DNA from: Candidatus Parcubacteria bacterium
GTDB taxonomy: Bacteria > Patescibacteriota > Patescibacteriia > UBA1558 > GWA2-36-10
Reading direction: 5' to 3'
Length of the DNA stretch: 64,000 nt
Assembly: GCA_018669975.1 (NCBI GenBank)
Contig: JABHSK010000005.1
Location: 121,132-185,131 of the forward strand
This document shows, piece after piece, positions 9,540 to 18,570 of the stretch; the first letter of the stretch is position 1, and each line of letters starts with the position of its first letter. The notes under the pieces were generated by a model. That model saw only the letters and a program-made list of their open reading frames with translations. It was not told the DNA's origin and ran no database searches. A program made the position numbers and the translations under genes.

Positions 9540-10271
9540 ATGGAAGATAAAAAACCTAACACCCCTAACAAAGTTGAGGGGAACAAAAAACCAGAAGGAA
9601 CAAAACAGCCTTTCAAAAAGACTTTCAACAAGCCTTTTAACAAGCCTTTTAATAAAGGAGGCGGAGGTGGTCCACGACGTGGTCGCAAGCCTTTTAGAAG
9701 ACCAGATAGGCCAGTTGATGATTTTGAACAAAAGATTGTTGATTTAGCTAGGGTTACTAGAGTTATGGCTGGCGGTAAACGTATGAAGTTCAGAGCTTGT
9801 ATGGTTGTTGGAGATAAGAAAGGTAGAGTTGGTATTGGGCTTGCTAAAGGTGTAGATGTAGCTATGGCTATTTCTAAGTCTGTTAGTAAGGCTAAGAAGA
9901 AAACTATACTTGTTCCAATTATTGATGGCACTATACCCCACGAGGTAAATGTAAAGTTCAAAGCGGCTAGAATCATGATGAAGCCGGCTAGAAAGGGTAG
10001 TGGTATTAAAGCTGGTGGTGTAATGCGTATTATTTTAGAGTTAGCTGGTGTTAAAGATGTGGTTGCTAAAATTTTAGGTACTAACAACAAAGTTAATAAC
10101 GCTAAAGCAGTTTTAAAGGCCTTGGAGGGATTTGTACCAACTGCAGTTGAAGCAGCTAAAAAAGATGCACCAAAGAAAGTTGCACCAAAGAAAGTTGTTT
10201 TTGATAAACCAAAATTTAAGCCAGCTGGTAAAAAGCCAGTTAAGGCAGAAGATATCAAGAGTAAAAAATAA
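9540..10271 (+). CDS. rpsE: 30S ribosomal protein S5 with a ~70-aa N-terminal extension (FNKP repeats, Gly/Arg-rich) and a Lys-rich C-terminal tail
   Basis: The core (…VTRVMAGGKRMKFRACMVVGDKKGRVGIGLAKG…) is uS5. The gene is 243 aa versus about 165 aa for typical uS5. Confidence 0.9.
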   Translation: MEDKKPNTPNKVEGNKKPEGTKQPFKKTFNKPFNKPFNKGGGGGPRRGRKPFRRPDRPVDDFEQKIVDLARVTRVMAGGKRMKFRACMVVGDKKGRVGIGLAKGVDVAMAISKSVSKAKKKTILVPIIDGTIPHEVNVKFKAARIMMKPARKGSGIKAGGVMRIILELAGVKDVVAKILGTNNKVNNAKAVLKALEGFVPTAVEAAKKDAPKKVAPKKVVFDKPKFKPAGKKPVKAEDIKSKK

Positions 10272-10282
10272 GATATAAATTT

Positions 10283-10807
10283 ATGTTGAGTTTACATAAC
10301 CTAGAAAAAAATAAAGCATCTACACACCGTAAAAGGAGAGTTGGTCGTGGTGACGCTTCTGGTATGGGAAGTTATTCAACCAGAGGTATTAAGGGTCAAC
10401 GTTCTAGATCAGGTGGTAAATCAGGTTTAGCTGTTAGAAGTATTAAGAGCTACTTACTTCGTATTCCTAAAGTTAGAGGTTTTAAATCTTTGCAGCCAAA
10501 AATGGCAGTAGTTAATTTAGAGGATCTAGAAAAGAATTTTTCTGCTGGTTCTACTGTTAATGCTAGAGCCATGTTACGTGCTGACTTAGTTAGATCTATC
10601 ACTAAAGGTGTTAAAGTGTTGTCACTTGGTAAATTAACCAAAAATCTAAATGTAGAAGCTACCGCTTTTTCTAAAAAAGCTGCAGAAGCTATTGTTAAAG
10701 CTGGCGGTAAGGCTGTGGTAGTTGGTCCAAAAAAAATCGAAAAAGACAAACCAGTCAAAAAAGATGAGGTTAAAGCCAAAGAAGAGGTTAAATCAGAAGA
10801 CAAATAA
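10283..10807 (+). CDS. rplO: 50S ribosomal protein L15 with a Lys/Glu-rich tail
   Basis: …THRKRRVGRGDASGMGSYSTRGIKGQ matches uL15. It starts 12 nt after rpsE, leaving no room for rpmD. Confidence 0.9.
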   Translation: MLSLHNLEKNKASTHRKRRVGRGDASGMGSYSTRGIKGQRSRSGGKSGLAVRSIKSYLLRIPKVRGFKSLQPKMAVVNLEDLEKNFSAGSTVNARAMLRADLVRSITKGVKVLSLGKLTKNLNVEATAFSKKAAEAIVKAGGKAVVVGPKKIEKDKPVKKDEVKAKEEVKSEDK

Positions 10808-10819
10808 ATAAATATATAT

Positions 10820-12097
10820 ATGTTGGCCAAATTGCAACAAATATGGAAAGCTAAGGATGTACGAAATAGTATTTTGTATGTCGTAGCTTTATTAGTTGTT
10901 TTTAGGATTGCTGCTCATATTCCTATTCCCGGAATTAATGTTATAGAGTTAAAGCAGTATTTTGAAGGCAATCAAGTTCTAGGCATGCTTAATCTATTTT
11001 CTGGTGGCGCCATGCAGAACTTTTCAGTAGTAATGTTAGGCGTCGGTCCTTATATTACAGCTTCTATTATTTTCCAGTTATTGGTGATGATAGTGCCAAA
11101 ATTAGAGGCATTATCAAAAGAGGGTGACTATGGAAGACAGAAGATAAGTCAATATACTAGATTACTGACCGTACCATTGGCTGCTGTTCAAGGATATTCA
11201 TTTATTAAATTACTATCAAATCAAACTCAGGGTCGTTTATTAGCAGATGTCTCAACTTTTCAGTTGATTACTACTATCCTGGTTATTATAGCTGGAACCA
11301 TGTTCTTGGTCTGGCTAGGTGAATTAATCACCGAAAAAAATATTGGAAATGGTGTATCGTTATTAATTTTTGCTGGTATTGTCAGTGGTCTACCAAGATC
11401 TATTAGTAATACTATGTTATCAGTTGATAACACCATGGTTTTGAACCTAATTATTTTTGCTATAATTGCCCTAGTAACCATCGCAGTTATTGTTTTGATT
11501 ACAGAGGGTACTAGAAATATTCCAGTATCTTATGCTCGGCATATGGTCGGACAAAAAAGTGTGGGTGGAGTTAAAACACACCTGCCACTCAGAGTTAACC
11601 AAGCTGGCGTTATTCCTATCATCTTTGCTATTTCTGTTATTCTGTTTCCACCAATGGTCGCTCAATTTTTTGAAAGATCGGAAGTTGTTTGGATTGCCAC
11701 TTCAGCTGTTTGGGTTAAAGATATTTTTGCAAACCAAATATTTTATGGAGTTTTCTATTTTATAATGGTTGTCTTATTTACATATTTTTATACTTCCGTT
11801 ATTTTCAAACCACAGCAAATTGCTGATAATTTACAGAAGCAAGGTGGTTTTATACCGGGTATTAGACCAGGTAGGCACACAGCTGACTATCTTGGTAGGG
11901 TTGTAAATAGAATAATTTTTGCTGGAGCCATCTTCTTGGGTACTGTAGCTATCTTACCGATAGTGGTAGCACCGATTACTGGAGTAGCTACCATGTCTAT
12001 TGGTGGTACTAGTTTGTTAATCGTTGTAGCAGTAGTAATTGAAACAGTTAAACAGATAGACGCTCAGCTAGTGATGAGAGATTACGAAGGATTTTAA
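10820..12097 (+). CDS. secY: Preprotein translocase subunit SecY
   Basis: A 425-aa polytopic protein in the expected position with SecY motifs (…GGAMQNFSVVMLGVGPYITASII…). Confidence 0.95.
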   Translation: MLAKLQQIWKAKDVRNSILYVVALLVVFRIAAHIPIPGINVIELKQYFEGNQVLGMLNLFSGGAMQNFSVVMLGVGPYITASIIFQLLVMIVPKLEALSKEGDYGRQKISQYTRLLTVPLAAVQGYSFIKLLSNQTQGRLLADVSTFQLITTILVIIAGTMFLVWLGELITEKNIGNGVSLLIFAGIVSGLPRSISNTMLSVDNTMVLNLIIFAIIALVTIAVIVLITEGTRNIPVSYARHMVGQKSVGGVKTHLPLRVNQAGVIPIIFAISVILFPPMVAQFFERSEVVWIATSAVWVKDIFANQIFYGVFYFIMVVLFTYFYTSVIFKPQQIADNLQKQGGFIPGIRPGRHTADYLGRVVNRIIFAGAIFLGTVAILPIVVAPITGVATMSIGGTSLLIVVAVVIETVKQIDAQLVMRDYEGF

Positions 12098-12117
12098 ATA
12101 TATTTTTTATAAAAAGT

Positions 12118-12152
12118 ACCCCCAATGACCTAACAGGGGGTTCTTTTATTTT
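12118..12152 (+). terminator. Intrinsic terminator after secY (acccccaatgacctaacagggggt plus a T-rich tract)
   Basis: A hairpin followed by ttcttttatttt, read directly from the sequence. Confidence 0.5.
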
Positions 12153-12200
12153 ATTGGGTATTTTGTTATAATTTTATTAGTGGTTAATTAATCAAAAAAT

Positions 12201-12848
12201 ATGCCAGGAGGTATTAAGAGAGCAGTATTATTAGGCCCACAGGGCTCAGGAAAAAGCACCCAAAGTAGAATGATTGCGGAGGCTTTAGGCGTAGATGTTA
12301 TTTCAGCTAGCCGTATTTTAAAAGATATAGTCCAAAGAGAAACAGATATGGGCAAGAGGATTAAGAAGCTGATGGATGGGGGTTCAATGATTCCAGACAC
12401 CCATATGATCAATTTGATGTTAGAAGAATTAAGGGCGCCAGTCTGCCGAAGTGGTTTTTTGCTAGATGGTTTTCCTAGAAATATAGTGCAAGCTCACGCA
12501 CTCGAAGAGAGTTGTGGGGTAGAAAAAGTTTTTAGTATTGAGATTTCAGATGAAGAAGCTATTAAAAGAATGAAGGGTCGACGCATTTGTAATAATAGAC
12601 ATGTTTTTCATGTAGATTTCAAACCACCCCAAAAAGAAGGCGTGTGTGATATTTGCCAACTTCCTTTACATCAAAGGGAGGATGATAAGCCAGAAGCAGT
12701 GCGTAAGAGATTGGCTAACTATCATCAGGACACAGAAAAGCTGTTACAGTATTATGAAAAGCAAAATAAGCTAGTCGTTTTTGATGGGGAGCAACCCATT
12801 GAAGATGTGTCAAATACTATTTTAGATTATTTAAAGAATAATGCTTAG
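12201..12848 (+). CDS. adk: Adenylate kinase with a zinc-binding LID (Cys4)
   Basis: The P-loop is GPQGSGKST. The LID cysteines are CNNRH…CDIC. Confidence 0.9.
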   Translation: MPGGIKRAVLLGPQGSGKSTQSRMIAEALGVDVISASRILKDIVQRETDMGKRIKKLMDGGSMIPDTHMINLMLEELRAPVCRSGFLLDGFPRNIVQAHALEESCGVEKVFSIEISDEEAIKRMKGRRICNNRHVFHVDFKPPQKEGVCDICQLPLHQREDDKPEAVRKRLANYHQDTEKLLQYYEKQNKLVVFDGEQPIEDVSNTILDYLKNNA

Positions 12849-13587
12849 TCGAAAAACACCAAAAGATATTAAAATTTTAAGAGAGGGCGGTAAGTTGTTA
12901 GGTAGTATATTGAGGCAGTTGGCAGGTGAGGTTAAACCTGGGGTTACTGGTCAGGAGCTTAACAAGTTGGCTGAAGAGCTGATTAAAAAAGCCGGAGGCA
13001 CACCTTCTTTTAAGAATTACCGTGGCTTTCCATGTGGTCTTTGTGTTTCGGTTAATCAGACAGTAGTTCATGGCGTTCCTAATGATCAGCCTTTTAGAGA
13101 GGGAGATCTAGTTGGCCTAGACATTGGTATGAAGTACAAGAATCTACATACCGACACAGCTACCACTGTAGCTATTGGTAAATTAGATAAGAAAGTTCAA
13201 CAATTTTTGGATAGAACTAAGCAGGCATTGGAAATTGGCATACAAGAAGTTGGTCCAGACAAACATATTGGTGATATTGGTAAAGCCATAGAAAAATTTA
13301 TTAAGCCCTTTGGCTATGGCATAGTTAGGGATTTAGCTGGTCATGGAGTAGGTTATGATGTGCATGAGGATCCAATAGTGCCGAATTATAATCCTGGCTC
13401 TAAGATGGATAAAATGTTTCCTGGTATGGTTATTGCCATTGAACCAATGATAATTATTGGCGGTAGTCATAGTGTGGTTGTTGGAAAGAATAAATGGGAT
13501 ATAAAAGCCCAAGATGAAAGTCTAACAGCTCATTTTGAACACACTGTAGCAGTTACTGAAGATGGTTATTTAATAATTACTGAATAA
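12841..13587 (+). CDS. map: Type I methionine aminopeptidase
   Basis: A MAP fold with metal ligands in context (…HGVPNDQPF…DIGMKYKN…HFEHTV…). It has the canonical position after adk. Confidence 0.9.
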   Translation: MLSRKTPKDIKILREGGKLLGSILRQLAGEVKPGVTGQELNKLAEELIKKAGGTPSFKNYRGFPCGLCVSVNQTVVHGVPNDQPFREGDLVGLDIGMKYKNLHTDTATTVAIGKLDKKVQQFLDRTKQALEIGIQEVGPDKHIGDIGKAIEKFIKPFGYGIVRDLAGHGVGYDVHEDPIVPNYNPGSKMDKMFPGMVIAIEPMIIIGGSHSVVVGKNKWDIKAQDESLTAHFEHTVAVTEDGYLIITE

Positions 13588-13588
13588 T

Positions 13589-13984
13589 ATGGATAGGCCA
13601 AAGAGATTATTGGGGGTAGATTATGGAGATAAAAGAGTTGGAATAGCTCTGGCAGATATGGGTAGCATTGCTTTACCTTATAAAATTTTAGACAATAAGG
13701 GTAAACGGCCATTATTGGATGATTTGAACAATATTATTGAACAAGAGCTGGTTGATATCGTAGTGGTGGGGTTACCACATAGTTTGTCAGGCCAGAGTAA
13801 TGAGCGTTTGGAAGTAACTAAAAATTTTGTAGATTTCTTGTCCCAGAGTTTATCACTGCCAGTGCAAACAGTAGATGAACAAATGACCTCTAAAATGTTT
13901 AGTAAAATGGGAATAAACAAAAATATAGATAAGCATTCAGCTGCAGCTATATTAGATACTTTTATATCTCAAAATAATGCCTGA
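13589..13984 (+). CDS. ruvX: YqgF/RuvX-like putative Holliday junction resolvase / pre-16S rRNA nuclease
   Basis: LLGVDYGDKRVGIALAD is the RuvX N-terminal motif. The 131-aa length fits. Confidence 0.75.
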   Translation: MDRPKRLLGVDYGDKRVGIALADMGSIALPYKILDNKGKRPLLDDLNNIIEQELVDIVVVGLPHSLSGQSNERLEVTKNFVDFLSQSLSLPVQTVDEQMTSKMFSKMGINKNIDKHSAAAILDTFISQNNA

Positions 13985-15044
13985 TTATATAAAATTTATT
14001 TTAGTTTTTCTGATAGCTTTTGTCCTGTCTTTTGTGTTTACCAAGTTTATTATTTGGCTGGCTCATAGGCAGGGTATTTTAGATCATCCAGGTGCAGATA
14101 GAAAGATACATACTAAACCAGTGCCTTTATTAGGGGGTATAGCAGTCTATGCTTCTTTTTTTATTACCATCTTTATTTTGTGGCAGAGTCATCAGCTAAC
14201 AGACGAGCGGATTAGCTTGTCTATGCTAGCTTGGTTTTTATTAGCAGGGTTGGTATTGATTATCAACGGTGCTTTGGATGATAAATATTCACTGCCAGCT
14301 CAGGTGACTGTTTGGGGTCCTGTTTTAGCCTCCTTGATTATTATATTCGCTGGATTAAAGATAAGCTATATTACCCATCCAGAGGGTGGAGTTTTGCAAC
14401 TGGATAGCTTATTTTCTTCGTTGTCTGGTATGGCTGATTTTATTCCTATGCTACTCACCTTTGTTTGGTTGATGGGTATTACCTATACTACTAAATTATT
14501 GGATGGCATAGATGGGCTAACTTCTAGCATCGGATTGGTAGCTAGTGTGGTTATTTTTGTGGTCAGTCTTTCGTGGGATATACAAGGTTCTACTACATCG
14601 TTATTAGCGTTAGTTTTAGCCGGAGCAATTTTTGGTTTTTTATTGTTGAATTGGCATCCAGCTAAAGTTTTTCTAGGAGAGGGTGGTAGTACCTTTATTG
14701 GTTTTTCCCTAGGTGTTCTGTCGATTATATCGGGTAGTAAAATAGCCACAGCTTTATTAGTTATGGGTTTGCCAGTATTGGATATTATTTGGGTCATAAT
14801 AAGGCGTTTAAGGCAAAAAAAGGCCTTTTGGAGGGCTGATAAGCAACATTTGCACTTTAGACTGCTTTCAGCTGGATTATCACAAAAACAGGTCGTTATT
14901 TTCCTTAGTACAATTAGTTTATGTTTTGGTGTTATTTCTATACTATTTACTACCAAGGCTAAAATTGGTGCCCTGATTATCCTATTGGTTTTGATGTTGC
15001 TGTTGAGTAGTTGGTTGAATTATCGTTTAAAGCAAAAAAAATGA
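13977..15044 (+). CDS. MraY/WecA-family (polyprenyl-phosphate N-acetylhexosamine-1-phosphate transferase) integral membrane protein
   Basis: About 10 TM segments and the KLLDGIDGL motif, which is characteristic of the family. Confidence 0.7.
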   Translation: MPDYIKFILVFLIAFVLSFVFTKFIIWLAHRQGILDHPGADRKIHTKPVPLLGGIAVYASFFITIFILWQSHQLTDERISLSMLAWFLLAGLVLIINGALDDKYSLPAQVTVWGPVLASLIIIFAGLKISYITHPEGGVLQLDSLFSSLSGMADFIPMLLTFVWLMGITYTTKLLDGIDGLTSSIGLVASVVIFVVSLSWDIQGSTTSLLALVLAGAIFGFLLLNWHPAKVFLGEGGSTFIGFSLGVLSIISGSKIATALLVMGLPVLDIIWVIIRRLRQKKAFWRADKQHLHFRLLSAGLSQKQVVIFLSTISLCFGVISILFTTKAKIGALIILLVLMLLLSSWLNYRLKQKK

Positions 15045-15541
15045 GTATACCTAAAATAACTATCATTATTGTATCTGTAATTTTAGTACTTGCAGCTGTC
15101 TATTTTTGGCATACTCCAATAAAAATAGAAGAAGCCATTTGGCAACCAAATGTTACCATTAATGAACATAATTTTATTGTTGAGGTGTTATACTCAGATG
15201 AAGAAAAAAGGCAGGGCTTGGCAAATGAAGATTTTTTGTTAGAAGATAATGGTATATTGTTTTTATTCGACATAAAGAAGGTGCGCACTTTTTGGATGAA
15301 GGATATGAAATTTAACATTGATTTACTTTGGATAGATGATCAAGAGATAGTAGGTATTGAAAAATTGATGTTAGCACCCGAGTCAGATATTTTGTATAAG
15401 GATTTAATAAAATATGATTCACCGAAATTAATAAATAAGGTTTTAGAATTTCCAGCGGGCACAGTAGATAAGTATTCCATACAAGTTGGGGACACAATTA
15501 ATTTTGATATATATGACAGAAACAAAATGGAAGGAAATTAA
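15041..15541 (+). CDS. DUF192 (COG1430)-like protein with an N-terminal membrane anchor
   Basis: …RTFWMKDMKFNIDLLWID… resembles the DUF192 core. The probable start is the ATG overlapping the upstream stop (ATGA); the ORF-track start at 15011 is likely too early. Confidence 0.5.
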   Translation: MSIPKITIIIVSVILVLAAVYFWHTPIKIEEAIWQPNVTINEHNFIVEVLYSDEEKRQGLANEDFLLEDNGILFLFDIKKVRTFWMKDMKFNIDLLWIDDQEIVGIEKLMLAPESDILYKDLIKYDSPKLINKVLEFPAGTVDKYSIQVGDTINFDIYDRNKMEGN

Positions 15542-15830
15542 ACAACAGCTTCGAGATAATTTTGAGATAGAAGATGAGTATGAAGAGGATTTTAATCCAG
15601 GCGTATCAGAAGCGTTAGAATTTACTGGACCACAAGGCAAGATGAAGGTTAGGTTTGTTGTTAAGCCGAGGATGTTGGATAAAAAAACAGAATATTCCAA
15701 CAGAGCTGGTTCTAATGTTAAAGTAGAGTATGTCTATTCAGAGGACGAGTTTGTATCATACTTGGAGGCTTTTACTTGGTCTGATGCTAGCAATGATTGG
15801 CAGAAAATAGAGTCAGAGGCTTTATTTTAG
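15513..15830 (+). CDS. Hypothetical acidic cytoplasmic protein
   Basis: Open reading frame only; the start is ambiguous (15486 or 15513). Confidence 0.35.
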   Translation: MTETKWKEIKQQLRDNFEIEDEYEEDFNPGVSEALEFTGPQGKMKVRFVVKPRMLDKKTEYSNRAGSNVKVEYVYSEDEFVSYLEAFTWSDASNDWQKIESEALF

Positions 15831-15858
15831 GGTTGTTTACGGGTATAATATAACGGAT

Positions 15859-16293
15859 ATGAAATTAAACAGACAAAATAAGATTATTTTATCTATGCTT
15901 GGTTTTTTGGTGTTAGGAACCATAAGTGTTTCTTTAACGCATCAAAATAATAGGTCCATAGTAGAATATCAATCGGAGACTGAAATTATTGAGTTAATTG
16001 GTTATTCAGAATATATACAGCAGATTAGACCGTGGTTACAAACAGCTTTGAGTGACCAATCTGCAGAAACGATTAGTCGAGTTAGATCAAATCTGCTTAA
16101 CGTTAAAAGTTCTGAAAAAGAATTGGGGCCAGTTCATATGAATTTATTTTTAGCTTTTGAGTCTTGGGAGAATTTTTTGCACACTCAGCAAGAAAGTTAT
16201 AGGGCACAGGCGTCTGAGCAATTAGCTTTGGCGGCAAATTTATCCCCAGAGTTATCGGAGGATATTCAGCAATTAAAAAAGATTTTAAATTAA
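15859..16293 (+). CDS. Hypothetical protein with an N-terminal signal anchor
   Basis: An ORF with a hydrophobic N-terminus (ILSMLGFLVLGTISV). Confidence 0.4.
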   Translation: MKLNRQNKIILSMLGFLVLGTISVSLTHQNNRSIVEYQSETEIIELIGYSEYIQQIRPWLQTALSDQSAETISRVRSNLLNVKSSEKELGPVHMNLFLAFESWENFLHTQQESYRAQASEQLALAANLSPELSEDIQQLKKILN

Positions 16294-17016
16294 ATGTTTA
16301 GTTATTTAATACCATTTGTGAATCCATTGGTGATTTTGACAGGACTATTGTTGTTTTTTTATAATCAAGAAGGTATTTTTTGGTTGTTGGGCGTGTCTTT
16401 GTTGACTATCTTATTGAGTGGTAGGATAGTTTCCAAAAAACTTTTTTGGCGCCATAAATTATTGTGGGTAAATTTAATAACCGCCTATGTTTCACAGTTG
16501 TTATTTTTATTAGTGCTTACTTCTGGTAATATTAGATATTTACTAGCCTTTGCATTGAGTATTATTTGGGGAGTTATTTGGTGGTTGCTAGGGATATATT
16601 TTAAACGCATAGAAAACATCAACAGTAAAGAATATTTATCTTACAATATATTTTTTTATACGCTGTCTTTTTGGTTTTTATCATCCAGCCTTTATGCCTT
16701 GATTGTATTTTTAAACTGGCCAGTGGTGCTTACTTTACTGGTTTTATTGATTGTTGTTTTTTTATGGACTAAAGAGATATTTGATCAAACAGATGATGTT
16801 GGTCGACTGTATGTATTTTTTGCCATGTTTATCTTGGCACAATTAGTAGTGGTATTGTATTTTTTGCCTGCTAGTTTCTATATCGCAGGTGCTATTGCAA
16901 GTTTATGGTTTTTCTTTATAATAGATAGTACTATCAACAAGAGCAGAGATTTTAGGCTCTATTTAAGCTTATTCCTGGCTAGTTTTGCAGTATTAATAGC
17001 TATAGCCATTATTTAG
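16294..17016 (+). CDS. Hypothetical polytopic membrane protein (~6 TM)
   Basis: An ORF with multiple hydrophobic segments. Confidence 0.45.
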   Translation: MFSYLIPFVNPLVILTGLLLFFYNQEGIFWLLGVSLLTILLSGRIVSKKLFWRHKLLWVNLITAYVSQLLFLLVLTSGNIRYLLAFALSIIWGVIWWLLGIYFKRIENINSKEYLSYNIFFYTLSFWFLSSSLYALIVFLNWPVVLTLLVLLIVVFLWTKEIFDQTDDVGRLYVFFAMFILAQLVVVLYFLPASFYIAGAIASLWFFFIIDSTINKSRDFRLYLSLFLASFAVLIAIAII

Positions 17017-17023
17017 TAATTTT

Positions 17024-18115
17024 ATGGAAAGAAAAAAACATTTTGAGCGGCCTACTATGAAAAGGCCACCGTCAATGGTCAATTTGACCATATTGACCAT
17101 ATTAATAGGCGTACTAGCTGGTTTTTCCGGTTATCTACTAGCTCGGCAGGTTTTTCCTGTTTCAGGTATTGATTACTTTAACTTGGTTGACAGTAGAAAA
17201 GAAATCAAGATAGATTTGGAGCAACCGCTGACTAATGTGGCTGACAAATATCAAAAGAGTGTAGCGGGAGTTTATAAGTCAGTTAAATCTTTGCCGGCAG
17301 TGGGTCAACCACTTTTCTCTGAAGAAGATTTCCTGGGTTCAGCCGTAGTAGTAACTTCAGATGGTTGGTTGATGACTACTAATCAAGTTTTAAAGAATGA
17401 TTCAGTGGTAGTTATCTTGGGAGATAAGGTCTATGAAATATTAGAAATTAGTCAGGATGAATTTTCTGGAGCTGTATTTTTTAAGATTGATTCTAATTCT
17501 TTGCAGCCAGTTGATTTTCAGATGACGGACGATATTAAGGTAGGCGAGAGATTGTTTACCAACGTTGATTTGGCTAGGAGCTTAGATCATGTTTTTTATA
17601 CAAATTTTTTAATTAACACTCATTACGTCACTGATCAATATTTATCCAGCGATCAAGTTGATTATTATTTACAAATAGATAATAAGTTAACAGATGTTAA
17701 TTTATTAGCAGCACCATACTTTAATATTAACGGTGATTTAGTAGGCGTTGTTTATGACTATGATGGTCAGGTAGTATTATTACCAGCAGAGTATCTTAAA
17801 CAAGCTGTTAAGCACCTCTTAGCTGGCACTGAAAGATTTTCTTTAGGTGTTAGATATGTAGATATGGAAAACAACAGTGGTTTTATCCGTAAGGGTAATT
17901 TAATTTATCACCCTACTTTGAAAGCCATCGCTATTAATTCTTCAGCTTTGGATGCCGGGCTTAAAACGGGTGATCAGGTAGTCGCTGTTAATAATGATGT
18001 TATATCGGCTGATCGAACATTAACCTCTATTTTGCAAAATTATCGCTCAGGCGATAAAATTATTATGAAGATATTACGTAATGATATTGAACGGGATTTA
18101 GAAATTAAATTATAA
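17024..18115 (+). CDS. HtrA/DegP-like trypsin-fold protein with a C-terminal PDZ domain, apparently inactive (catalytic His and Ser replaced)
   Basis: GSAVVVTSDGWLMTTNQVL aligns with the DegP catalytic His region …TNNHVV (H->Q). The catalytic Ser motif GNSGG is replaced by NINGDLVGV. The PDZ-like C-terminus is GDQVVAVNNDVISAD. Confidence 0.5.
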   Translation: MERKKHFERPTMKRPPSMVNLTILTILIGVLAGFSGYLLARQVFPVSGIDYFNLVDSRKEIKIDLEQPLTNVADKYQKSVAGVYKSVKSLPAVGQPLFSEEDFLGSAVVVTSDGWLMTTNQVLKNDSVVVILGDKVYEILEISQDEFSGAVFFKIDSNSLQPVDFQMTDDIKVGERLFTNVDLARSLDHVFYTNFLINTHYVTDQYLSSDQVDYYLQIDNKLTDVNLLAAPYFNINGDLVGVVYDYDGQVVLLPAEYLKQAVKHLLAGTERFSLGVRYVDMENNSGFIRKGNLIYHPTLKAIAINSSALDAGLKTGDQVVAVNNDVISADRTLTSILQNYRSGDKIIMKILRNDIERDLEIKL

Positions 18116-18121
18116 AGATAT

Positions 18122-18150
18122 AAAAAATCAGCTCTAGGAGCTGATTTTTT
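18122..18150. terminator. Bidirectional intrinsic terminator between the convergent htrA-like and HTH genes
   Basis: Stem aatcagct/agctgatt flanked by aaaaaa and tttttt. The HTH stop codon lies in the loop. Confidence 0.5.
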
Positions 18151-18478
18151 GTTCGTTTTGATCCAGGTTGCTCTCCCTGTCTTCGTTATTCACCTTGTCT
18201 TTTTTATTTTGCAGTGCCAATTTTGGATTGGGGCTGTATTTTTTATTACTTATTTTCCATTTGTCTACGTATTGTCCCATACCTTGATCTTTTAATAAGT
18301 TGGATCTTCTAGTAGATTTCTGGGACCATTCCACTAAAGAAATAAAACTAATCTTATAGCGTCCATTAACCACTATATAGCGTAGTTCTTCACTTTTGAT
18401 GGCTTGGCGGATAGTTTTGGTAGAAACACCAAATAACCTGGCTGCCTCGGAAACTGATATGCGTATTATATTTTCCAT
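18134..18478 (-). CDS. Excisionase/MerR-family helix-turn-helix DNA-binding protein
   Basis: SVSEAARLFGVSTKTIRQAIKSEELRYIVVNGRYKI is a classic HTH_17 / excisionase-type DNA-binding domain. Confidence 0.7.
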   Translation of the reverse strand: MENIIRISVSEAARLFGVSTKTIRQAIKSEELRYIVVNGRYKISFISLVEWSQKSTRRSNLLKDQGMGQYVDKWKISNKKYSPNPKLALQNKKDKVNNEDRESNLDQNEQKISS

Positions 18479-18485
18479 ATAATTA

Positions 18486-18514
18486 TTGACATTTAATGGG
18501 GCTCATGTTAAATT
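18486..18514 (+). promoter_or_regulatory. Sigma70-like promoter (TTGACA-17nt-TAAATT) driving the GC-rich cassette
   Basis: Canonical -35 box, 17-nt spacer and -10-like hexamer. GAGAGGAG Shine-Dalgarno follows, then the ATG at 18571. Confidence 0.4.
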
Positions 18515-18570
18515 GACTCGTTATTTCGCACGTTTAAACCCTATAAACATTCTAAAGAGAGGAGACTTAA

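Noticed and set aside
9536-10258. 240-aa ORF on the minus strand
   Set aside because: It is exactly antisense to rpsE (S5). The low-complexity Lys-rich sense sequence yields a long stop-free antisense frame. Spurious.
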